Source of the DNA: Candidatus Fimenecus sp.
GTDB taxonomy: Bacteria; Bacillota; Clostridia; Oscillospirales; Acutalibacteraceae
Assembly: GCA_045591625.1 (NCBI GenBank)
Contig: JAZNTF010000096.1
Span: 1-41,385 of the forward strand
Length of the DNA: 41,385 bases
Direction of reading: 5' to 3'
Notes under the pieces: generated by a model
Told to the model about the DNA's origin: nothing
The model's database searches: none
What the model saw: the letters and a program-made list of their open reading frames with translations, nothing else
Program-made: the position numbers and the translations under genes
Part shown: positions 7,873-17,056 of the stretch, piece by piece
Layout: every line of letters starts with the position of its first letter
Numbering within the stretch: the stretch's first letter is position 1

Positions 7873-9081
7873 CTATATATCAAGAGTAGCAAGTCCGCCC
7901 TCGCTTGTTTCGCGATATGCAGCGTGAATATCCATACCGGTTTTCTTCATAGTTGTAATAACATTGTCAAGTGATATTTTTCTTGTTTCACTTAAGAAAC
8001 TTGCAAGGTTAACTGCATTAATTGCTCTCATTGCAGCAACAGCATTTCGTTCTATACAAGGAATCTGTACAAGACCACAGATAGGGTCGCAGGTAAGACC
8101 TAAATGATGCTCAATTGCAATTTCAGCGGCATATTCGATTTTACCTCTTTTAAGTCCGAAGAGCTCACCGAGAGCAGCTGCAGCCATAGCACAGGCTGTA
8201 CCGATTTCAGCCTGACAACCACATTCAGCACCTGAAATAGATGCAGTTGTTTTAACGAGGTTGCCGATAAGACCACCTGTTGCAAGTGCCTGTAAAATCT
8301 GACGGTCAGTATAACCGTGTTTTAATTGCATGTAGTAAAGCACAGCAGGAAGCACACCTGCAGCGCCACAAGTAGGAGCAGTAACAATTCTATGACCTGA
8401 CGCGTTTTGCTCACTTACCGCAAAAGCATAAGAGCAAACCTCTCTGTTTTCTCTTGTTTCGGCACTTTCACCGATATGTTCCATATTGTAGAGGTATTTA
8501 GCCTTTTTCTGAACTTCAAGTCCACCGGGGAGAATACCCTCATCTTCAATGCCTGTTTCAATGGCATTTTTCATTGTTTTCCACACTTCTGCAAGGTAGT
8601 CCCAAATATATTCACCCTCAACCTCGTGGACGTATTGCCAAAAACGATATTTCTTCTCTTTACAATAATTTTTGATTTCTGAAAATGTACTTAATTCATA
8701 TACGATAGGCTCTTTTGCAGAGGAATTGCCGTTAAATTCAATTCTGCCACCACCCACACTGAAAATACGGATAAAATCAATCTGTTCACCATTTTTATAT
8801 GCAAACAAATCCATAGTGTTCGGATGTTCAATATTTGTGTTTTCATAGTCAAATTCCACTTTACATGGGATAGGCGATAATGTACTTTCGATAACGGTGT
8901 CAGTACAGTGTCCCTTGCCTGTCTTTGCAAGTGAACCGTAGAGAATGGCTTTGAATTCATCAGCGTCCTGATTATTTTCTTTAAAAAGGATACAAGCCTT
9001 TTCAGGACCCATAGTATGTGAACTTGATGGTCCGCAACCGATTCTGTAAAGCTGATTTAATGATTCCATACCTTTTGTCAT
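7873..9081 (-). CDS. sdaA: L-serine ammonia-lyase (iron-sulfur dependent, single-chain beta-alpha form)
   Basis: 402 aa. Contains LYRIGCGPSSSHTMGP, TAPTCGAAGVLPAV and SGAECGCQAEIGTACAMAAA cluster/active-site motifs. Confidence 0.85.
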   Translation of the reverse strand: MTKGMESLNQLYRIGCGPSSSHTMGPEKACILFKENNQDADEFKAILYGSLAKTGKGHCTDTVIESTLSPIPCKVEFDYENTNIEHPNTMDLFAYKNGEQIDFIRIFSVGGGRIEFNGNSSAKEPIVYELSTFSEIKNYCKEKKYRFWQYVHEVEGEYIWDYLAEVWKTMKNAIETGIEDEGILPGGLEVQKKAKYLYNMEHIGESAETRENREVCSYAFAVSEQNASGHRIVTAPTCGAAGVLPAVLYYMQLKHGYTDRQILQALATGGLIGNLVKTTASISGAECGCQAEIGTACAMAAAALGELFGLKRGKIEYAAEIAIEHHLGLTCDPICGLVQIPCIERNAVAAMRAINAVNLASFLSETRKISLDNVITTMKKTGMDIHAAYRETSEGGLATLDI

Positions 9082-9083
9082 AA

Positions 9084-9527
9084 CTATACCTTAACCTTTA
9101 CAACAACCTTAAGACAGGATAACGGTTCATTTACTGCAACACCCGGACAATGCAGGTCATTGGGATAAAGAACCATAAAGTTATTTTCAATAAGAGTCAG
9201 TGGCTCTGTTTTACATTCATAAAACCAAACATCATTTTCCGGTTTAGCTTCTGTTTCTGTTTTTTCACAGGAGAACGGTGCGACCCCAATGATTTCTTCA
9301 CCTTTAACCATAAACTGAATATCAATGTATTTTTTATGAGCTTCTGAAATTGTTTTGTCAGGGTCAGTTTCGTATTGTTGGACCATATAGAAAATATCAT
9401 CACCGCAAAGCTCATATCTGCCTAATTCTATTTTTGTAAAGTCCGTTTTACTAAGAAACTCAAGTGCAGTGTAAACCCTGCCCAGACCCTCATAATTTTT
9501 TATGTTATCAAGTGTATCAAAAATCAT
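9084..9527 (-). CDS. YhcH/YjgK/YiaL (DUF386, EbgC-like) family protein
   Basis: 147 aa. MIFDTLDNIKNYEGLG...ALEFL... N-terminus and ...YPNDLHCPG... cupin-like C-terminus are typical of the family. Confidence 0.7.
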   Translation of the reverse strand: MIFDTLDNIKNYEGLGRVYTALEFLSKTDFTKIELGRYELCGDDIFYMVQQYETDPDKTISEAHKKYIDIQFMVKGEEIIGVAPFSCEKTETEAKPENDVWFYECKTEPLTLIENNFMVLYPNDLHCPGVAVNEPLSCLKVVVKVKV

Positions 9528-9539
9528 CAGAAATCACCC

Positions 9540-12203
9540 TTATTTATTTTCCATAACTTTATCATAGACTCTCTGACAGTTGTTTTTATCATTATATGCG
9601 AAGAATTTATCGATTTTTTCGCGATAAACATCCTTTAACTGACAGCCATTTTCCATATATTCAATAATACGGTTGACGGTTGACTCAAGGTCATATTCAA
9701 CTTCGCCAAAGCTATCTCTTACATCGTCAAAATAACCACCGCTTGATGTGTGACCACCTGCATAGAATTCGTCCGCATCAAAGAAATTATACACTAAAGG
9801 TTTTCTCATATATGCAAAGTCGAATACAGCAGATGAATAGTCTGTAACAACTAAATCACTATGAGCATAAATATCTGTGTATGAAACATCTTCTGCGAAA
9901 AAGTCCACATCGGGATGCTTTGTAAACAAAGAAATATGTGGCTGAATATTAGGATGTGGTAAAAAGCTGATTTTATAACCATATTTTTTAGCGGCAGATA
10001 GTAGCTTTTCGTCATTAAGCAGACTGTTGTAATATGTAAAATATCTGCTTTCCTGAAAATCAGGAATAAGATGCCATCCGCCTGTTGCTGGGTTTCTACC
10101 TTTTGTTAAGTATTTTCTCCAGGTTGGCATAATTGTGATTCTTCGTTCTGAATCCTCATAAAGTCTGTCCCAACGTGGAAGGCCTGTAAGCCATACTTCT
10201 TTTTCAGTGTAATGGTATCCTTCCTCAACAATAGATTTCCATTCACCGTGGGCAGAAGTGACAAAACCGAAAATGTTTTTGTTGTATCGGTTAAGCCAGC
10301 TTGCAAAATTATATTTAATAACACCGTGCTGAAGGAAAACAACATTCTTTTCAGCAAGAAGGTCCTTATAGTATGAGCGGAAAGTGCCAAATTGGTCATA
10401 GGAATCGTTACCTAACTGGCTTGTGAGAATACATTCGCTCAAAAGTATAAGTAATCTGTTTTTATATGTTCCCTTTGCAACAACCGGGCCGATTTTTTTG
10501 AGCCTTTTAAAATCAGCACAGTCATTTCTTATAACAAAACGTGCATCGATTTCAGGATGCTCTTTGACCATATATCGGAAAAACGCCTCACCGTTGTCGC
10601 CGGCTTTTTCACCACGGTCAGAGATTAACCACACAGGTTTTTTCTTGAAAAATTTGACAATAGGAAGAATAAATCTTGAAAAAGCAGCTTCCTTGCTTCT
10701 GAAATTCTTTCTTGTAAGAAGTGCTGCCATAAGCTTGATTCTCTTTCGACAAAGTCTTACAAATGTCTTTTTCTGAACAACAATTCTTTTTTTCAGAACA
10801 GAGAGAATCCAACCGTTGGTATTGTAATACGAACCTATAAATGAGTTTGTAATAGGTGAAAAATATCTGTATGAATATCTTTGTGTAAGTATAGTAATAT
10901 CGTCAATTTCAAGCGCCAGTTTTACAGATAAAACATCGGTATTTTCTTTTAAAGGTATTTTTAAAATGAAGCCTTCTGACCTTTGGATGGGGTTACCCAA
11001 TGAGGACACGAAGGAATCTCGGTGAACTCGTTCGGCAATGTATTCACCGGTTTCAGTAATTGCCTTGATTTTTAAATTTTCAAATGGCAAATCAAAAACA
11101 AGATAGTGACCGTCAATAATAAGAGTATTATCTTTTACTTTTACAAATTCAATTCGTGCAGTAAAATTAGAAGCCTGGAAAGTCGGATTTCCTTCGTAAA
11201 TAAGATGAATATTATCTTTTGTCTTAACGATTTCTGGTAATTTTTTGTACTTGATATTAAGGGCAGAAAATTTGTATTCTCTTGAAATGTTTTTCTGTGC
11301 CATAACAATATCATCGTCAATATTGCTCATTATTTGTGCAAGCATATCAAGGTACAAATCTTTTTCTTCAGGAGTGATGACTTCTGTATCAACATCAGGA
11401 ACCTTTACTCGCCATTGCATATCATACATAATGGCATATTGTGTAAAACGAGGTATATATCCGAGCTCGTTCTTACACTTGTTGATAAGAGCAAGGTGAA
11501 AATTTTCAACAGTGGCGGTGTACCATTTCGGGTTTTTAAGGGAATTATTAATGGCAGAGGTTGCTCTGGAACGATACATATATTCTGCTTCGCTTACAAC
11601 ACCCAATGTCTGTTTATCAAGGAGAATCTCCTGAACGAACAAACCGTCCTCACCATAGGCCAACTCACAATTAAAGCGTTTATCTTTTATAACATCAGCT
11701 TTAATAAACGAGCTTGCAGCGGAAAGGTGAACATAATCGAAGTCCTCATTAAGGTCAACAACTTTTGTTTTTGCGAACTTGAAATTCAGAATATGATTAC
11801 CTGTTTTGCCATCAAAATATCTTAACGGAACACCTGCAATATCGGTTTTATCATAATTTGCTTCAAAGAAATTCCATACACATGATAATGTGGAAGGAGT
11901 AAACTTATCATCTGAGTCAATAAAGTTTACATATTTACCTTCAACATGGTCAAGTCCTGTGTTTCGTGCAGAGGAAACACCACCGTTTTCCTTGTGGATA
12001 ACGATGATATTATCAGGATATTTTTTTGCGTATTCATCACAAATTTTTCCGCTGTTGTCAGGAGAGCCGTCGTCAACAAGGATAAGCTGGATGTTTTGGA
12101 ATCCGATATCCTGTTCAATAAGGCTGTCAATTGTTTCTGCAACAAATTCTTCAACATTATACACCGCAGAAACGATAGAAAATTTATATTTGTAATTTGC
12201 CAT
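9540..12203 (-). CDS. bifunctional GT2 glycosyltransferase / CDP-glycerol(ribitol) glycerophosphotransferase (TagB/TagF family) fusion
   Basis: 887 aa. N-terminus FSIVSAVYNVE...LILVDDGSPDNS...FIDSDD is GT2. C-terminus VWLISDRGEKAGDNGEAFF...FLQHGV...LTGLPRWDRL...VTDYSSAVFDFAYMRKPLVYNFFD is the TagF-type Glyphos_transf domain. Confidence 0.85.
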   Translation of the reverse strand: MANYKYKFSIVSAVYNVEEFVAETIDSLIEQDIGFQNIQLILVDDGSPDNSGKICDEYAKKYPDNIIVIHKENGGVSSARNTGLDHVEGKYVNFIDSDDKFTPSTLSCVWNFFEANYDKTDIAGVPLRYFDGKTGNHILNFKFAKTKVVDLNEDFDYVHLSAASSFIKADVIKDKRFNCELAYGEDGLFVQEILLDKQTLGVVSEAEYMYRSRATSAINNSLKNPKWYTATVENFHLALINKCKNELGYIPRFTQYAIMYDMQWRVKVPDVDTEVITPEEKDLYLDMLAQIMSNIDDDIVMAQKNISREYKFSALNIKYKKLPEIVKTKDNIHLIYEGNPTFQASNFTARIEFVKVKDNTLIIDGHYLVFDLPFENLKIKAITETGEYIAERVHRDSFVSSLGNPIQRSEGFILKIPLKENTDVLSVKLALEIDDITILTQRYSYRYFSPITNSFIGSYYNTNGWILSVLKKRIVVQKKTFVRLCRKRIKLMAALLTRKNFRSKEAAFSRFILPIVKFFKKKPVWLISDRGEKAGDNGEAFFRYMVKEHPEIDARFVIRNDCADFKRLKKIGPVVAKGTYKNRLLILLSECILTSQLGNDSYDQFGTFRSYYKDLLAEKNVVFLQHGVIKYNFASWLNRYNKNIFGFVTSAHGEWKSIVEEGYHYTEKEVWLTGLPRWDRLYEDSERRITIMPTWRKYLTKGRNPATGGWHLIPDFQESRYFTYYNSLLNDEKLLSAAKKYGYKISFLPHPNIQPHISLFTKHPDVDFFAEDVSYTDIYAHSDLVVTDYSSAVFDFAYMRKPLVYNFFDADEFYAGGHTSSGGYFDDVRDSFGEVEYDLESTVNRIIEYMENGCQLKDVYREKIDKFFAYNDKNNCQRVYDKVMENK

Positions 12204-12223
12204 ACCCTTTTTCCCTTTAATTG

Positions 12224-13234
12224 TTATTTTTCAAATGATGATTTTTCCGGAAACTTAGCCTCGAAAATATTAACTATTGTTTGCTTCTTTTCCTCAAAGT
12301 CATCTGTTTTTGCATTGTCATTTATGCAAACAATTGAATGCTCAGGATTTTTCAAATCGTCACAGAGACGACGGAAATTTTTGTTTTTAACGTGATAGCA
12401 GAAAGCGAAATCACCGCGACGCACATTGAATTTACCGTCAGCCAACTGCCAATATTTCATAACCCATTGGTTAACGTCACCGTTTTTACGGAATTTGTGT
12501 AAACAGGTTTCGTGAAGAGTTTCGTATTCTTCTTCCCACACCTTTTCGAAGGTTGATTTTAAGAAGTTATTTGAAACGTGCTGGTTATAGAAGCCTGGAA
12601 ACCAGAGCCAAGGATAAAGAAGAACATTTTTTGTAACATTCATATATCCATTTTTAGGATGGTACCACTTTTTCCAATCTTTTTTCATTACTTGCTTTTT
12701 CTTGAAATGAGAATTGATAATCACAAGGTCGGCAGCGTGGAAAAATCCTGCGCTGTCCTTGCCAAAATAAATACAGTTTATTGCACCAACATCAAGAGGA
12801 AGACCATCTTTAAAGAAATCTTCAGGTTTTACGGGTTTGTTAAGGAAAATGTCGTCATTGAAATAAACAAATTGTTCACTGAGACCTTCAATTCGGTGTA
12901 AGTTTAATTCAATTGTATGTGAACTGAATGTAGGAAGATACTCCTCAGGAATATAGTCCTTATGATTTACAATATGAAGCTTTGGATTAGTTGTATCAAG
13001 CCATGGTGGAAGATGTCCCCAAGTAACAAAGTGAATTTTATTTACCCATGGAGCATATTTTTCAACAGCTCTAAACCAATATTGAAGATTATCCCAGTCA
13101 CGATAACGGACTTCGCTGTTTGAACTTGTAACAACGCTTCCGTTGTACTGTGCTTTTTCTTTACGCCATTCAGGGTCACTGCCGTCAACCCATATCATAA
13201 CGAAGTCTATTGGTTTGCTCATATCAGGTTTCAT
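12224..13234 (-). CDS. Stealth family hexose-1-phosphate (capsule/glycopolymer) phosphotransferase, paralog 1
   Basis: 336 aa from ATG 13234 (RBS AAGAGGA); the longer ORF to 13294 would overlap the upstream gene. Stealth CR1 IDFVMIWVDGSDPEW. CR2 EVRYRDWDNLQYWFR...APWVNKIHFVTWGHLPPWL...LPTFSSHTIELNLHRIEGLSEQFVYFNDD. Confidence 0.85.
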   Translation of the reverse strand: MKPDMSKPIDFVMIWVDGSDPEWRKEKAQYNGSVVTSSNSEVRYRDWDNLQYWFRAVEKYAPWVNKIHFVTWGHLPPWLDTTNPKLHIVNHKDYIPEEYLPTFSSHTIELNLHRIEGLSEQFVYFNDDIFLNKPVKPEDFFKDGLPLDVGAINCIYFGKDSAGFFHAADLVIINSHFKKKQVMKKDWKKWYHPKNGYMNVTKNVLLYPWLWFPGFYNQHVSNNFLKSTFEKVWEEEYETLHETCLHKFRKNGDVNQWVMKYWQLADGKFNVRRGDFAFCYHVKNKNFRRLCDDLKNPEHSIVCINDNAKTDDFEEKKQTIVNIFEAKFPEKSSFEK

Positions 13235-13247
13235 AAAAATCCTCTTT

Positions 13248-14258
13248 TCACTTTTCAAACGATGATTTTTCCGGGAAATTGCGTTGGAAAGCATCTATTA
13301 CAATGCGTTTTTTTTCTTCGAAATTTTCTGTGTTTATTGTGTCATTTATACAGATAAGAGAATGTGTTTTCGCTTCTAATTCTTTACACAAATCCTTAAA
13401 CATTTCATTGTCAATATGATAGCACTGGGCAAAAGAAGCGTCTCTTACACAGAACTTGCCTTCTGCCATCTGCCAATATTTCATAACCCATTGGTTAACA
13501 TCACTTTTTTTGCGGAATTTGTGTTGACATGTTTTGTGAAGAGTGTCATAAGCCTTGTCCCATACTGTTTCAAACGTAGATTTGAGAAAACTGTTTGGAG
13601 TATGCTGACAATACATTCCCGGGAACCATGGCCAGGGGTAAAGAAGTGCAGTACGGACAACATTTTTCAAGCCGTTTTTAGGATTGAACCATTTTTTCCA
13701 ATCCCGTTTCATGCAAAGACGCTTGTTGAAGTTATCATTGATAATCTCAATATCCGAACCATGGAAATGTCCGGCACTGTCGTCAGCAAAGTAAATACAG
13801 TGTACTGCTGCTGTATCGCAAGGAAGACCATTTTTAAAGAAATCTTCAGGACTTACAGGTCTGTTTAAGAAGGTATCGTCGTTGAAATAAACAAACTGCT
13901 CTGATAAGCCTTCAATTCTGTGCAAATTTAATTCAATCGTATGCGAACTGAAAGTGGGAAGATATTCTTCCGGAATATAGTCCTTGTGATTTACAATATG
14001 AAGCTTCGGATTAGTAGTGTCAAGCCATGGCGGAAGATGTCCCCAGGTAACAAAATGAATTTTATTTACCCACGGAGCATATTTTTCAACACCTCGGAAC
14101 CAATATTGAAGATTATCCCAGTCGCGGTAACGAACTTCACTATTGGCTGTTGTTATAACGGAGCCGTCATATTCAGATTTTTCCTTACGCCATTCAGGGT
14201 CACTACCGTCGACCCATATCATAACGAAATCTATTGGTTTATTGTTTAAAGTATTCAT
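13248..14258 (-). CDS. Stealth family hexose-1-phosphate phosphotransferase, paralog 2
   Basis: 336 aa with the same CR1/CR2 motifs. The N-terminal half is nearly identical in protein to paralog 1, and the C-terminal half has diverged. Both end in FPEKSSFEK. Confidence 0.85.
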   Translation of the reverse strand: MNTLNNKPIDFVMIWVDGSDPEWRKEKSEYDGSVITTANSEVRYRDWDNLQYWFRGVEKYAPWVNKIHFVTWGHLPPWLDTTNPKLHIVNHKDYIPEEYLPTFSSHTIELNLHRIEGLSEQFVYFNDDTFLNRPVSPEDFFKNGLPCDTAAVHCIYFADDSAGHFHGSDIEIINDNFNKRLCMKRDWKKWFNPKNGLKNVVRTALLYPWPWFPGMYCQHTPNSFLKSTFETVWDKAYDTLHKTCQHKFRKKSDVNQWVMKYWQMAEGKFCVRDASFAQCYHIDNEMFKDLCKELEAKTHSLICINDTINTENFEEKKRIVIDAFQRNFPEKSSFEK

Positions 14259-14261
14259 AGC

Positions 14262-14993
14262 TTATTTCATAAATTCATCATATTTTGGAAGGACTTCATC
14301 CGTTGTACCATACATTCTCATTTCACCGTCGTGAATCCAAAGAACGTTGTCACAAAGGCTTCTGATAGTGTCAGAGCTGTGAGAAACAATCAATACAGTT
14401 CTGTCATCATTGGAAATCAGTTCCTTCATTTTTGCATAACTTTTTTTCTTGAACTTGGCATCACCAACTGATAAAACCTCGTCGATGAGCATAATATCAG
14501 TCTCTAAAATTGCTGTAATTGAAAATGCAAGTTTTGAATACATACCACTTGAATATGATTTTACAGGGCGGTCAATGAAATCACCAAGTTCGGAAAATTC
14601 AATGATTTCCTCAAGTTTTTCATCAATAAATTCACGGGAAAAGCCCAAGAGCATACCTGAAAGGTAAATGTTTTCACGACCTGAAAGTGCATTCTGGAAA
14701 CCTACACCGATTGAAAGAAGGGAGATAGTGTTTCCGTGAAGATCGATTGTACCCTCGTCAGGAGAAAAGATACCGGCAATTGCACGAAGAAGCGTTGATT
14801 TACCGCTACCGTTTTTTCCTACGATACCTAAAATCTGTCCTTTAGGTACTTCGAAGGACACACCCTTGACTGCTTCAAAATATTTTGTTTTTGAATATGT
14901 TGAACGAGATACCAAAGCTCTGAAGAATGAAACCTTGTTCATCATACGGTATCTGATTTTTACGTCTTTTACTGAAATTGCAGTTTCGTTCAT
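14262..14993 (-). CDS. ABC transporter ATP-binding protein, TagH/Wzt-type polysaccharide/teichoic acid exporter
   Basis: 243 aa. Walker A GKNGSGKST, signature SSGM, Walker B IMLIDE. GAGGAGGG RBS. Adjacent to an ABC-2 permease. Confidence 0.9.
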   Translation of the reverse strand: MNETAISVKDVKIRYRMMNKVSFFRALVSRSTYSKTKYFEAVKGVSFEVPKGQILGIVGKNGSGKSTLLRAIAGIFSPDEGTIDLHGNTISLLSIGVGFQNALSGRENIYLSGMLLGFSREFIDEKLEEIIEFSELGDFIDRPVKSYSSGMYSKLAFSITAILETDIMLIDEVLSVGDAKFKKKSYAKMKELISNDDRTVLIVSHSSDTIRSLCDNVLWIHDGEMRMYGTTDEVLPKYDEFMK

Positions 14994-15011
14994 TTAGTGT
15001 CCCTCCTCAGC

Positions 15012-15803
15012 TTATATAATCTTAACATAAGTATTTTCGTGCTTGTAAATTGTTCTTACACCGATTATAGCAACAATAATTGAGACTACTGCCCATATAA
15101 GGAGTGAAATATAGTGTGGTTCTTTGTTATAGAGCAACACATTTCGCATATCTGTCATAATAAGTGCTATCGGGTTACAGTGGATAAGAATATTACCTAT
15201 GATTTCGTTCTTTGGTAATATTCTTGTTTCAATTGAGTAGAAAATACCTGAAATATAGAAGCCTAACTGAAGAGCAACTGTAAGCACATTCATAAGGTCT
15301 TCAACGAAAACACCGAAATGAGTAATGATTGTAGTACATGCAAAGGTAATCATAAAAAGGAGTAACCAGAGAGGGATTACCCAAAGGAATTTCCATGTTA
15401 CAGGTACACGATAGAAAATCATAAATAGAATAGTAAGTGCACATGAAACAAACATCTTGATTCCGAAAATTGTTTCTTTTTCCAGGATGAAAATAAATTT
15501 TGGTATATAAACTTTTGTTACAACACTTTTCTTATCCTGAACAAGCTTAACGCCCGATTTAACAGTTTTACTGAAGAAGGTCCAGGTGTTCAGTCCGATG
15601 AAAACAAACACCGGGAAATATTGTTCACGGCTACCGAAAACATATACGGCAACAAAAGAGTAAACGAGCATATAAAGCAATGGGTCAAGAATCCACCACA
15701 TCCAGCTCAAAAATGAACCGGCAACCTCTGCCTTCATTCCGGATTTTGCTGCAAACATTGTATAATTTCCAAATTTTTTAATATCATTTATAAATCTTTT
15801 CAT
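15012..15803 (-). CDS. ABC-2 type transporter permease, TagG/Wzm-like
   Basis: About 263-aa polytopic ORF. ATG 15803 with GGAAGTGAGAG upstream is preferred over the TTG at 15821. Confidence 0.85.
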   Translation of the reverse strand: MKRFINDIKKFGNYTMFAAKSGMKAEVAGSFLSWMWWILDPLLYMLVYSFVAVYVFGSREQYFPVFVFIGLNTWTFFSKTVKSGVKLVQDKKSVVTKVYIPKFIFILEKETIFGIKMFVSCALTILFMIFYRVPVTWKFLWVIPLWLLLFMITFACTTIITHFGVFVEDLMNVLTVALQLGFYISGIFYSIETRILPKNEIIGNILIHCNPIALIMTDMRNVLLYNKEPHYISLLIWAVVSIIVAIIGVRTIYKHENTYVKII

Positions 15804-15847
15804 AACTGCTCTCACTTCCAAATAACGGATTTATTTACAGACAAATA

Positions 15848-15876
15848 ATTATATCACTAAATTGTACTATTTTCAA
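15848..15876 (-). promoter_or_regulatory. promoter of the minus-strand glycopolymer operon
   Basis: Minus strand: TTGAAA (15871-15876), 17-nt spacer, TGaTATAAT (-10 at 15848-15853). Confidence 0.6.
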
Positions 15877-15909
15877 GTATTGTAACTGTATTGTAAATAG
15901 TTGAATTGT

Positions 15910-15938
15910 TTGACAATGAAGGGGTTTTGCATTATAAT
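15910..15938 (+). promoter_or_regulatory. consensus sigma-A promoter of the divergent GT2 gene
   Basis: TTGACA (15910-15915), 17-nt spacer, TATAAT (15933-15938). Confidence 0.65.
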
Positions 15939-15963
15939 TCATCTTGAACGGAGGTGTGTTCGT

Positions 15964-17013
15964 ATGACTCCTTTTATCAGCATTATTATGCCTGTTTACA
16001 ATTCAGAAAAATACATTGTAAAAAGTATAGGATCGGTTCTTGCTCAGACATTTACTGATTTTGAGTTGTTGCTGGTTGATGACTGTTCACCGGATAATTG
16101 TGGCATAATTTGCGATGAGTTTGCAAAAATGGATTCAAGAATAAAGGTTATTCATTTACCGGAAAATGGTGGTGTTTCAAAAGCTCGAAACACGGCCATG
16201 ACCATGGTGAATGGTGAATATCTCTGCTTTCTTGACAGTGATGACCATTTTGATAATAATATGCTGGAGGTTCTTGCTTGTTCTGTTAAAGAAAATCCGA
16301 GTCAGGTTGTGATTTTCGGCTTAATAGAAGAATATTATGACGAAAATGGTCAGCTTACAGATACGAAAAAGGTTGTTTATGACGACAAAATTATAAAGGA
16401 TAAACAATCTCTGAGAAATGAAATTCCTATGTTGGAAGAGCTTGATTTATACGGTTATCCTTGTAATAAAATGTACAATGTTGCATATTTGAAAAAATCG
16501 AAAGCAACCTTTCCGCAGATGAAATTCAATGAGGATATTATTTTTAACATTGACTTTTTTATGGATGCACAAAGCTGTAATATCCTTAATTTTGCGCCAT
16601 ATCATTATGTTAAACATGTGGGAAGCAAAACAGGGAGCTTTATCCCTACTTATTATGAGGACATAATGGTTAAAATTGACCGTATGTATTCGCAATTCGA
16701 GTATTGGGAGATGCTCAATGAGGAAAAATTTGAATTTATCGCATTAAGATATACACGATACCTTTTTTCTGCGTTTGAAAGGAATTGCGATAAACGGGCC
16801 GGGATGACACACAAACAAAGAAAGGTGTTTGCAGAAGAGGTTTTCAACAGTGACCGGTACAAAAAACTTTCACCAAATATGAAAGGGAATGGTTTAATCG
16901 GAATTATGGCAAGGGTGCTTAAATCAAAGGGCAGTTTTCTTTGTCTTTCTCTTGCGAGAATAATTTTTATAGTAAAAAAATACATTCCGGGCTTATTCGG
17001 TAAATTAAGTTAA
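15964..17013 (+). CDS. GT2 family glycosyltransferase
   Basis: 349 aa from ATG 15964 (GGAGGTG RBS). Contains ISIIMPVYNSEKY...LLLVDDCSPDN...FLDSDD. Confidence 0.85.
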   Translation: MTPFISIIMPVYNSEKYIVKSIGSVLAQTFTDFELLLVDDCSPDNCGIICDEFAKMDSRIKVIHLPENGGVSKARNTAMTMVNGEYLCFLDSDDHFDNNMLEVLACSVKENPSQVVIFGLIEEYYDENGQLTDTKKVVYDDKIIKDKQSLRNEIPMLEELDLYGYPCNKMYNVAYLKKSKATFPQMKFNEDIIFNIDFFMDAQSCNILNFAPYHYVKHVGSKTGSFIPTYYEDIMVKIDRMYSQFEYWEMLNEEKFEFIALRYTRYLFSAFERNCDKRAGMTHKQRKVFAEEVFNSDRYKKLSPNMKGNGLIGIMARVLKSKGSFLCLSLARIIFIVKKYIPGLFGKLS

Positions 17014-17018
17014 AAAAT

Positions 17019-17047
17019 AAGGGACTTTCCGTTTCGGAAGGTCCCTT
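17019..17047. terminator. bidirectional terminator between convergent genes
   Basis: Stem AAGGGACTTTCCG/CGGAAGGTCCCTT, with an A-run before and TTGATTGTTGTTT after. Confidence 0.65.
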
Positions 17048-17056
17048 GATTGTTGT

